From Myxococcota bacterium (GTDB taxonomy: Bacteria; Myxococcota_A; SURF-8), in contig OZ223209.1 of assembly GCA_965140415.1 (NCBI GenBank), positions 5,280,001-5,344,000 of the forward strand: a DNA stretch of 64,000 nt. Direction: 5' to 3'. Under the pieces are notes generated by a model. The model saw only the letters and a program-made list of their open reading frames with translations, was not told where the DNA came from and made no database searches. The position numbers were made by a program, and so were the translations under genes. This document shows positions 1 to 8,665 of this stretch, piece after piece. The first letter of the stretch is position 1. Each line of letters starts with the position of its first letter.

Positions 1-593
1 TTCTTATTGAAGATTTCGCGAGTCATTTCGATGGAGCGGACGAGATCCGCTTCGGGGAAGGCCAGGAAGAACTGGTCCGACCAGTGGAAGCTCACCATTT
101 CGATACGCCCGGCTTCCGTTGCTTGCTGAAGTTTTTGCAGAATCTGCGGATGCCGTTCGGCGATGGCTTCCAGCATCATGGCCTGCATTTCGAAGGTGCC
201 GCGATACTCGTCGTGCGCCATGTAGAAATCGAGCACGGGTTCAAAGGTCTCCGTGATGATCCAATCCTGTAGTTTTTCATCGGTCCAGCCTTTACAGGGC
301 GTACCGCAGAGATAGATTTCCTCGTCGTTCCAAACGGTTTCCAAGCCACCGGCCACATATTGAATGTTGAAGTGGAACATGGAGAGCGCGAACTTCTTCT
401 GATTCAGATCCGGTTCGTCGCTTAACGCATCCAGCGCAGGCGTCCAGCCTTCGAGTTCGGCATCCATATCGCCATCGATGTCACCGTCGACGTCGCCATC
501 AGAGGAATTCTCGTCACCATCTCCACAGCCGGAAAATCCCAAGAGCATGATTGAAACGACCAGCATCCACCACCAATTAGACTTCCGTTGCAT
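1..593 (-). CDS. Lipoprotein with GH57/polysaccharide-deacetylase-like domain (partial, runs off left edge)
   Basis: Manual translation (not in ORF track): MQRKSNWWWMLVVSIMLLGFSGC lipobox, DGD linker, FHFNIQY motif, GRIEMVSFHW motif; purine-rich RBS upstream. Confidence 0.65.
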   Translation of the reverse strand, partial: MQRKSNWWWMLVVSIMLLGFSGCGDGDENSSDGDVDGDIDGDMDAELEGWTPALDALSDEPDLNQKKFALSMFHFNIQYVAGGLETVWNDEEIYLCGTPCKGWTDEKLQDWIITETFEPVLDFYMAHDEYRGTFEMQAMMLEAIAERHPQILQKLQQATEAGRIEMVSFHWSDQFFLAFPEADLVRSIEMTREIFNK

Positions 594-775
594 TCCTTCC
601 TCCGTTACTTCTTTCGCGTCACGATGATTGTTCGATGAGTTGGCGGAAAGTAAATACTACTCCGCATTATGGCGCAGTATAGCATACTGTTTCGGACACG
701 CAACGAGTTCGGTGGAATTCTGTTTGTATTGATATAGCAGACTTCAATCTAAATGATGACGTGTAGCAATCTCCG

Positions 776-844
776 TTGGAGCATGGGCTGCTGCCCTGCT
801 CCAAATGTTTGTCTTGGGTTTCTTGGACGGGAGCAGCTCTACAT
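776..844. repeat. REP-like family A, inverted partial copy
   Basis: TTGGAGCA..TGCTCCAA hairpin followed by atgtttgtctt; reverse complement matches aagacaaacgtttggagcaggg near 5802 and the similar copy near 2373. Confidence 0.6.
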
Positions 845-866
845 GTGAACGTTTCATCCCTAGGGG

Positions 867-2150
867 CTAATCGAGGTCGATATCCGGATAGATCCTAGCC
901 GCGCATTCCGGGCAAAGGCTGTGACTGAATTGCGCCGAGGAATGGGAACTGATGTATTTTTCGATGCTACTCCAATAGCCTTCATCGTCCCTGATTTTCT
1001 TGCATGATGCACAGATGGGAATCAAGCCGCTGAGTTGCTTGACTTCATTGATGGCAGACTGAAGCTCCTTCAGATACTTTTCGCGCTCGAACTCCATCTC
1101 TTTGCGATCGCTGATGTCCCGGGTGATACCAAGGATATCGGTTGGCTTTCCATCCTCATCCCGAATGAAGGAGGCTTTTACGTCCGTCCAGATCGTGCTT
1201 CCATCTTTACAGAGTTGACGGATCTCGATGTTGCTGGACCGGTCGAAATCCACTTCGGATGTGTTTTCTTTCTCAAGCTCTTCAGAAATCGTGGTCATCA
1301 CCCGATCCAAATCCTCCGGCGAAATGTGTTCGGTCAAATCAAGGCTTATCGATTCTTCAGGCGTGTAACCGAACATATCCTTGACCGATGGACTGATATA
1401 GGACAATTGCATCTTGGCCAGGTTGAATACCCAGATGTTATCGACCATGTTGTCCGCCAAAAGGCGATACTGCGCCTCTCGCTGAATCAGTTCCCGGGAG
1501 GAGGACACCCGGTATCGTTCGTTCGCGATCCAGAAAATGCCTCCAGCGATCAACAGGAAAGTCAGCACCATTGGAAGGGTTGCTGCAAACATGACCATCC
1601 ATTTCCAACTGGTAGCATCGATATCCATCCCCAGCACGGCGACCAGATCGCCGGTTTGCGCATCGTGCATGGGAACCAGAGCAGAGACCCAGCTTCCCCA
1701 GCGATCGGTTACGGGGCCTTCAACACGACTGACTTGTTCTTCGAATGTTTTCAGGTATCCCGATGAGATTTCGGTATAAATCTGCCCGGCAGGTGATTCA
1801 TCCTTGGAGCCGATCGCTTCTGAATCCGCATAGAAGAAAACCTCTAAATTGGGTTTCTGTCCCATCAGGTAGATGAAGCGGCATTTCTTATTTGCTTGGC
1901 GAGCACTGGCGAGCGTTGCCTTCAAACGAAGATAGGTGGGATCGTTCAGATCGGCCTCAGTCCCGGATAGCTTTTGAATTCGCTGATTGCCGAGTGTATT
2001 GGCAACCATCCGGGCTTGGGTCAACAGATTGTCTCGCAGGGAGTGTTCGGTTAATTGCACGGTCCAATAAGCGAAAATGAGTCCGCCAATCAAAACACCG
2101 AATGAAATCAGAAGTGTCCGAGTATCGAATACGGAGCTTTTGTTACTCAT
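867..2150 (-). CDS. Membrane sensor: periplasmic domain, PAS/PAC and C-terminal Cys/His zinc-binding module
   Basis: Two TM segments, PAS (YISPSVKDMFGYTPEE...GITRDIS), tail PICASCKKIRD..W...FSHSLCPEC; no kinase domain; start taken at MSNK. Confidence 0.8.
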   Translation of the reverse strand: MSNKSSVFDTRTLLISFGVLIGGLIFAYWTVQLTEHSLRDNLLTQARMVANTLGNQRIQKLSGTEADLNDPTYLRLKATLASARQANKKCRFIYLMGQKPNLEVFFYADSEAIGSKDESPAGQIYTEISSGYLKTFEEQVSRVEGPVTDRWGSWVSALVPMHDAQTGDLVAVLGMDIDATSWKWMVMFAATLPMVLTFLLIAGGIFWIANERYRVSSSRELIQREAQYRLLADNMVDNIWVFNLAKMQLSYISPSVKDMFGYTPEESISLDLTEHISPEDLDRVMTTISEELEKENTSEVDFDRSSNIEIRQLCKDGSTIWTDVKASFIRDEDGKPTDILGITRDISDRKEMEFEREKYLKELQSAINEVKQLSGLIPICASCKKIRDDEGYWSSIEKYISSHSSAQFSHSLCPECAARIYPDIDLD

Positions 2151-2270
2151 CGAACGTTGCCTTGTTTTACAAATTCTTACCGGAAACAACGACCCCTGTC
2201 GATTCGGCTTGGTGGAAAATCAAAATGAAGTGTTTTCTATAATAGCCTTTAGAAGTGCTCGTGCAACAAA

Positions 2271-2417
2271 AAATGGGTTCGGCTGAGTTTCGATTTGCTT
2301 GGGAATATCGAAAAGAGCTGAATTCCAACAATTTGAATCATCGGTTTCCGGTCGGGGTCTCGTCTTGACCAAGAAGACAAACGGTTGGAGCAGGGCAGGA
2401 GCCGCTGCTCCAACATA
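2271..2417. repeat. REP-like family A, ~145 bp
   Basis: Aligns along its length with 5698-5844; ends in TTGGAGCAG..CTGCTCCAA hairpin. Confidence 0.75.
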
Positions 2418-2449
2418 AGACACGGCTTTAAATGACTCTTCCAGAGACC

Positions 2450-3994
2450 TTAGCGAGTGAACGTGAGATACTGAACCTCGGGTGTCAGTTTCATTTCCAG
2501 CGTAGCCGTCGCTTCCGGTCGCTCGGTTTCCGTTCCATCGATGGCGAAGCGAACGAGGTTTGTGGCCGATTCCGGTAAAGTGAGTGTGAGATCGTAGCTG
2601 GTATCCCAGCCCCCTTCCCCTTCCTGCGCCAACGAACCATCCGGGTTATCGCGGCCATCCCAAAGCGCCAGAGCGACCTGACCACCTTCTTGCGTAAAGG
2701 CCAGCACATAGACGTCGTTCGGCAAATTGAAATACGGTGACAAATCGCCTGCGAAACGGTAGTCACCAATGACATCCTCCAGTCCCTTCATGGCAACCCA
2801 GGCAGGCTTGGGCCGGATCACGTCCTCATCCGTACCCGGCCAGGCGTACAGACCGAAAAAGGATTCGTGCGGACGCCAACCATCGCGAGGTTCCGAATCC
2901 CAGAAGGTATACCAGAAGTAGCGCTCGATTCCGTCTTTGGCGGCGATCAAGACGCTGCGCGCCAGGAAATGTCCCTGAATCTCTTCGTCGATATCATAGC
3001 TTGGCCATCCGGCTTCCGTGTACCAGACCGGTGCATCGCCACAGCCCATCGTGGTCATCTTGTCGCGGATAATATCGGTCATCCAGGTCTGTCCCGGCAG
3101 GAAGACCTCGTCGTTGATCAAATAATCGCGTTCCGGGCTGAATTCCTGGTTGAACGTGTAGGGGTGAATCGCCATGATGTCGAAAGACTGGCAGATATCG
3201 GGGTGATTCTCGTAGACTCGATCTGCAAAGGCCCACCAGTTGACAGGATCGTTGTCGTCCAGCGCCGACAAGCCACCGAACAACACCTTGGCATCCGGGC
3301 AGGCTGTTTTGATGCTGGCATAGGCGGCTTTCAGCATTTGACCGTAAAAGTTCGGGTCCGGTTCCGGTTTCCAGAAGCGTGTCAGGTTCGGCTCGTTCCA
3401 GATTTCATAATGCTTGATATCGTCGCAGAATTCCGCTGCCACCGCACCGGCGAATTCGGCATATTCCGCCGGGTCCATGCTGCTGTACTCGCCTTCGTCA
3501 ATCGCCCAATCCACCGTGTAAGCCAGCATTGCCAGAATATGACTGCCGGTTTGCCTGGCCATGTCCACCTGGGTGGAAACTTTTTCAAAATGCCATTCGT
3601 CGTCGACCGGCTCGATCTTGTGCCAGTGATAGTCTTCCCGAATCCATGCACCGCCAAGTTCTTGATATTTCTCGAACTCCAGATCACGCCGCCAGTTTTC
3701 GCCTTCATCCTGCTTCATGTGGGATGAAACACCCAGCATATCGCGGACAGCCTCCCCCTTGGCTTCCAGCGTATCCCAAGGATCGATCTCGATCTCTTTT
3801 TCCGTTTCCGGCTCCATCTCAACATCAAGATCGCCGTCGATATCGATCTCCTTCTCGACATCTCCATCCGGAGTACTATCCGCATCATCCTCCGAGTCAC
3901 AAGCCACTGCGAACAACAGGGAAAAAACAAACGTCACGCAAACAATAAGCATCCACGGACGGGCGGTCTGGGTCTGGATCTCTCGGCTCAACAT
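2450..3994 (-). CDS. Lipoprotein glycoside hydrolase, clan GH-A (GH39/GH5-like)
   Basis: FAVAC lipobox, acidic linker, YEIWNEPN acid/base motif, WYTEAGW nucleophile motif. Confidence 0.8.
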   Translation of the reverse strand: MLSREIQTQTARPWMLIVCVTFVFSLLFAVACDSEDDADSTPDGDVEKEIDIDGDLDVEMEPETEKEIEIDPWDTLEAKGEAVRDMLGVSSHMKQDEGENWRRDLEFEKYQELGGAWIREDYHWHKIEPVDDEWHFEKVSTQVDMARQTGSHILAMLAYTVDWAIDEGEYSSMDPAEYAEFAGAVAAEFCDDIKHYEIWNEPNLTRFWKPEPDPNFYGQMLKAAYASIKTACPDAKVLFGGLSALDDNDPVNWWAFADRVYENHPDICQSFDIMAIHPYTFNQEFSPERDYLINDEVFLPGQTWMTDIIRDKMTTMGCGDAPVWYTEAGWPSYDIDEEIQGHFLARSVLIAAKDGIERYFWYTFWDSEPRDGWRPHESFFGLYAWPGTDEDVIRPKPAWVAMKGLEDVIGDYRFAGDLSPYFNLPNDVYVLAFTQEGGQVALALWDGRDNPDGSLAQEGEGGWDTSYDLTLTLPESATNLVRFAIDGTETERPEATATLEMKLTPEVQYLTFTR

Positions 3995-4179
3995 AACACC
4001 TCCACGGGGTTCGAGTCACAACGGGGCGCATAATAACAGAAACCAGCGTAGGAAATGAAAGAAAATTCATAGAAAATGGAAGGTTTTTAAAACGAAAGGA
4101 CCGCCTCTGCCCTTTTCGGGTAGATGACGGTCCTTGTAATTCAATTCCCAAGATACGACCTGGAGTACCGTAAAACGAC

Positions 4180-5520
4180 TTACTTATACGGGTCCGGGCA
4201 ATGGATCGTAATGCTGTTGCAGCCCCAATCCGGCTTGTTGAACGTCGTTCCATCTACATACAGGATGTCGGGATCCTCTCCGTTGGCTTCGACGATGGAA
4301 TGCCAGCCGGAGCAGGCTTCGCCGTCGTCCCATGTGCAATCGGCAGTAAAAGTCGTTCCGTCCGGATAGGGTATACAATCGTAGGAATTGTCTGGATTCT
4401 GGGTGCATGAACATCCACAAATGTTCTGGCCCCAATCGTAATCAGCACCATACTCTTCCCACTCGAAACTATCAAGCTCACCCCAATCAAAGCTCCATTC
4501 ATAGTCCCAAGCCCACTCGAAATCACCCAACTCGACGTTTTCCCATTCGAACTCACCCCATTCGAAGTTTTCCCATTCCATGTCTGCCCAATCAATCTCA
4601 CCGATTTCAATATCCGCCCAGTCGTAGTCCCCATAGGGCATATCCATGTCGCCGTCTATCATGTCACCGTCGATCATGTCGCCGTCGATCATGTCACCGT
4701 CGATCATGTCGCCGTCGATCATGTCGCCATCGATGAAATCACCATCGACATCCATATCCCAGTCACCGTCTACCGAAATGAGTACGCAGCGAACGGGGAA
4801 CATCTCCGATTTATCTTCCATCGTGATCTCACCGGTTTCGAAATCGATCAGGAATCCCTGGCTCGTATCGTCACTAACTTCGGACATCGACCATAACGAG
4901 CCGCAATCACCAGTCAGATCACCGGATTGATAACAGCTTCCACTTGCGCATCCTGTACAGTCACCCGTTACACATGCGGCATCGGTGCACGTATAATCAA
5001 CCGGACAGGTACCACCGGTTTCGGTGGCGGCACAATTTCGAATCAGCGTTCTGAGATCTGTGATGCACGCGGCGCGCCAGGCAGAATGTCCCGCCCAGAC
5101 AAGGTTTTCGCAGTACTGCACGATGTCATCATGTGCTACTGCTGGAGAGGGTGGATCCTGCCAGCAAAGCCCACTGTCCGGGTCGCACCAGTAACTCTCG
5201 GTCATTGGCGTATCGCCATCGACCATATCACCATCCACCATGTCACCATCTGCCGTATCACCATCTACGAAATCCCCATCGGCTTTGTCGCCGTCAACCA
5301 CATCGCCATCGACGGTATCTCCATCCGAGAAATCACCGTCTACAAAATCTCCATCCACATGGTCTCCATCCACATGGGTGTCTTCCTCCAGGTCGCCATC
5401 GCCGACATCGCCGTCCGTTTTATCTCCGTCGGTTGTTTCGTCGTCGTCACCGCAGCCCGCAAAGCCTAGAGACAGCAGAAGCAACAACATCACTACACTC
5501 ACGCATTGTAATGCCTTCAT
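4180..5520 (-). CDS. Lipoprotein with DGD pentapeptide repeats, Lcl/DUF1566-like domain and Trp/acidic repeat region
   Basis: FAGC lipobox; WCDPDSGLCWQ..YCENLVWAGHSAWR..VRCV; RBS gggagg. Confidence 0.7.
   Translation of the reverse strand: MKALQCVSVVMLLLLLSLGFAGCGDDDETTDGDKTDGDVGDGDLEEDTHVDGDHVDGDFVDGDFSDGDTVDGDVVDGDKADGDFVDGDTADGDMVDGDMVDGDTPMTESYWCDPDSGLCWQDPPSPAVAHDDIVQYCENLVWAGHSAWRAACITDLRTLIRNCAATETGGTCPVDYTCTDAACVTGDCTGCASGSCYQSGDLTGDCGSLWSMSEVSDDTSQGFLIDFETGEITMEDKSEMFPVRCVLISVDGDWDMDVDGDFIDGDMIDGDMIDGDMIDGDMIDGDMIDGDMDMPYGDYDWADIEIGEIDWADMEWENFEWGEFEWENVELGDFEWAWDYEWSFDWGELDSFEWEEYGADYDWGQNICGCSCTQNPDNSYDCIPYPDGTTFTADCTWDDGEACSGWHSIVEANGEDPDILYVDGTTFNKPDWGCNSITIHCPDPYK
4646..4750 (-). 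repeat. 15-bp coding tandem repeat (DGDMI, about 7 units)
   Basis: Repeated atcatgtc(a/g)ccgtcg units. Confidence 0.9.
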
Positions 5521-5697
5521 GGTTCCTCCCTTTCCGTTGAACACTCCGGTAGTGAACCCTACTTCTATAACTTTTATTTTATAGTTCCCATGATACCTTT
5601 ATTAAGATCTCTTGCAACCTAAAAGTTGACTTTGCAACTCCGCAATACAACATGCTGCGTCATGCTGCGTCATGCTGCGAAAAGACACTTCGACGGG

Positions 5698-5844
5698 AAA
5701 TGGGTTCGACGGAGTTTTGATTTGCTTGGGAATGACAAAAGGAATTGAATTACGGGAACTTGAACCGTCGGTTTCCGGTTGGGGCTCCCGACTCGACCAG
5801 GAAGACAAACGTTTGGAGCAGGGCTGGAGCTACTGCTCCACATA
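5698..5844. repeat. REP-like family A, ~145 bp
   Basis: Diverged copy of 2271-2417; TGGAGCAG-N11-CTGCTCCA perfect stem. Confidence 0.75.
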
Positions 5845-5862
5845 TTATTGCTATGATTTCGA

Positions 5863-7737
5863 CTAAAATGCGATATTCGGCTGGTTGCGGCAAAGTTCCA
5901 CCAGCACCAAAGACACCGCCGCCGGAGTCACGCCGCTGATGCGCCCCGCCTGTCCGATCGTCGCCGGGCGATGGCGTTCCAGTTTTTCCCGCACTTCGGC
6001 GGACAAGCCACCCACGCGCGAGTAATCGAAGTGGTCCGGGATTTCCAGATATTCCAGACGACGCTGCCGGGCGGCCTGCTCCCGCTGGCGCTCGATGTAA
6101 CCTTCGTATTTCAGTTCCACTTCGACCTGCATGCGTACCGCATCCGACACGCTCGCGAAATGCTCGTCCAAGGCGGGAAAATCTTCGGCCATAAGCTCGG
6201 GGCGCTTGATCAGCCGTGACAGAGGCAGGGGCTTTTGCAGAGGCTTCGTGTTGCGTCGTTCAAGTAAGGCGTTTAGCTTCTCGCCGGGCAGCACGACGGT
6301 TTTGCGCGCCCGCTCGACCTCGGCCTGGATGGCCGTCTGCTCCGCCCGGATTTCCTCCGCCGTTTCCTCGCTGACCAGGCCGACTTCGCGCCCGATTTCC
6401 GTTAACCGGTAGTGGGCGTTGTCCTCGCGCAACAGCAGGCGATACTCGGCACGACTGGTAAACATACGGTAAGGTTCTTCGGTGCCCAGCGTCACCAGAT
6501 CATCGATCAGTACGCCGGTGTAAGCCTGATCGCGTCGCAGAACGATCGCATCCTTTTTCTGTAGCTGACGCGCCAGGTTGATGCCCGCCATCAGTCCCTG
6601 AGCCGCCGCTTCCTCGTAACCGGAAGTGCCGTTGACCTGCCCGGCGAAATAAAGACCTGTAATGCGTTTGGATTCCAGCGAAGATTTCAACTGCGTAGGC
6701 GGAATGAAGTCATAATCCACCGCATAGCCGGGTTGCAGAATCACCGCGTCTTCCAGCCCCGGCACCGAGCGGTACATCAATTCCTGCGTATCCAGCGCCA
6801 GGCTGGTGGAAAAACCGTTACAGTAAATCCGGTTGCGATTCAATCCTTCCGGCTCCAGAAAGATCTGGTGCTTGTCCTTTTCGGCAAAGCGTACCACCTT
6901 ATCCTCGATGGAGGGGCAATAACGCGGTCCACGGCCCTTGATGATTCCGGTGAATAGCGGTGAGCGGTCCAAACCGGCGCGAATGATTTCGTGGGTGCGT
7001 TCGTTCGTATAGGTGATGTAGCAGCTTTGCAACGGCAACTTGTAGCCGTCGGAGTGACGCGAGAAAGGAAAGATCTTCTCGTCGGAGGGCTGCTCGATGG
7101 TTTTAGAGAAATCGATGCTTTCAGTGGCGATACGCGCCGTGGTGCCGGTTTTCAACCGTCCAAGCGTGAAACCCAGTTTGCGCAAGGATTCGGACAAACC
7201 CGCCGCCGGGGGATCGTCCACTCGCCCGCCGGGCGTTTTATCAAAGCCGATGAACAGGTACGCATCCAAAAAGGTTCCGGCAGTCAAGATCGCGCCTCGA
7301 GTCGCAAAGCGACGCCCGTCCACAAGCCGCAGCGCCTGCACTTTTCCACTTTCCGCTTCGATCTCTTCGACCATACCTTCGATGATGGAAACGCCGGGCT
7401 GTTCTTTCAAAGCCCGTGTCATGCGCTCGCTGTAAAGGTCCATGTCCGACTGCACCCGGCGCGCACGTACAGCGGGCCCTTTGCGGGTGTTCAGCAGCCG
7501 AAATTGAATGGCCGTTTCGTCGGCTGCTTTGGCCATCTCTCCGCCTAACGCATCGATTTCACAAACCAAATGCCCCTTGGCCAGTCCACCGATGGCCGGG
7601 TTGCAGGACATCTCCGCAATGCGGTTGATATCACTAGTGATCAGCGCGGCCTCAAAGCCCAGACGCGCCAGCGCCAGCACTGCCTCGCAGCCTGCATGCC
7701 CTCCACCAATTACGATAGCATCGAAACGATCATCCAT
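5863..7737 (-). CDS. mnmG: tRNA uridine-5-carboxymethylaminomethyl(34) synthesis enzyme MnmG (GidA)
   Basis: GGGHAGCEA, MSCNPAIGG, GPRYCPSIEDK, GQVNGTSGYEEAAAQG, YRMFTSRAEYRL. Confidence 0.98.
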   Translation of the reverse strand: MDDRFDAIVIGGGHAGCEAVLALARLGFEAALITSDINRIAEMSCNPAIGGLAKGHLVCEIDALGGEMAKAADETAIQFRLLNTRKGPAVRARRVQSDMDLYSERMTRALKEQPGVSIIEGMVEEIEAESGKVQALRLVDGRRFATRGAILTAGTFLDAYLFIGFDKTPGGRVDDPPAAGLSESLRKLGFTLGRLKTGTTARIATESIDFSKTIEQPSDEKIFPFSRHSDGYKLPLQSCYITYTNERTHEIIRAGLDRSPLFTGIIKGRGPRYCPSIEDKVVRFAEKDKHQIFLEPEGLNRNRIYCNGFSTSLALDTQELMYRSVPGLEDAVILQPGYAVDYDFIPPTQLKSSLESKRITGLYFAGQVNGTSGYEEAAAQGLMAGINLARQLQKKDAIVLRRDQAYTGVLIDDLVTLGTEEPYRMFTSRAEYRLLLREDNAHYRLTEIGREVGLVSEETAEEIRAEQTAIQAEVERARKTVVLPGEKLNALLERRNTKPLQKPLPLSRLIKRPELMAEDFPALDEHFASVSDAVRMQVEVELKYEGYIERQREQAARQRRLEYLEIPDHFDYSRVGGLSAEVREKLERHRPATIGQAGRISGVTPAAVSLVLVELCRNQPNIAF

Positions 7738-8151
7738 GGTCGATTCCTGAAAACACGACAACCGCGAGAAACTAGCACCGTTTTTCAATTCGTGCAAGGC
7801 ATCATATTATGAGATATTACAAAGGATGCTGACCAGTCTCCATTTTCTCACTTTGTGTGAAAACCGCTCATGGCGAGTGATTACATGAGTTGTCGGACCG
7901 GGCAAGAAAACAATAACCAATTGTATTTACTAATATATTAGTAACTCGCGCACTGCTCTTCGATGGAGATCCCGCACCTACTGCGCTAAATCCTCCCTCT
8001 ACATTTCCCCTTTCTTTTTATTCTTACATATATGTCAGTTTTTTTACTGGTACTTCCTTTGGATTACTGATATTATAAACGAGTTATTAGGATTTCTTGT
8101 CGGTATGGGGATGCTGACCTGAGGTTCTTCGATTCGAAAAGGGGCTTTCGA

Positions 8152-8481
8152 ATGAAACTCATTGCAGCCAGCATTGACCGCATTGCGGTTGTGTTCACTA
8201 TCTTGTCCATTGTTTTATACTCACTATTCATATACGTTTTTCCCGAAAGAGCGGTGGGGTTGACATGGAAATCACCACTCTACTTCATCCTTTGTGCACT
8301 GGGAGCCAACTTGGTCGGCTTGGGACTGAGCCTGCTGCGTGCGCTTTGCAGGAAAAACAATGATTTGCGCCCGGCGAAACTGATACTGGTCAATGTAGCG
8401 ATATTTGGCCTGTTCATACTTGCTTTTCTGTTAACAAATGAAACCGCGATTCGAAGTGATCTGACTGCAAATTTATTTTAA
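8152..8481 (+). CDS. Small membrane protein (3 TM)
   Basis: Three hydrophobic segments; aagggg RBS-like sequence upstream. Confidence 0.6.
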   Translation: MKLIAASIDRIAVVFTILSIVLYSLFIYVFPERAVGLTWKSPLYFILCALGANLVGLGLSLLRALCRKNNDLRPAKLILVNVAIFGLFILAFLLTNETAIRSDLTANLF

Positions 8482-8665
8482 ATCATCCAAACGAATATCT
8501 AGCGAACTCGCCTGCATTTTCCTTACATTTTACATGAAAAAACAACGCATTTTTCTCTTGCAAGATGCCCTTTGGGTTTGTACCATCCCATGTCGGATTT
8601 GCCAGCCTCAAGAACAGGAGGCCCCGCCACAATTGCCAGCGGAGTCGTAAAAAGGAGCGCAGCAG

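Noticed and set aside
7800-8150. Possible oriC upstream of mnmG/gidA
   Set aside because: AT-rich, but no TTATCCACA-type DnaA box cluster seen and no dnaA or parAB neighbours.
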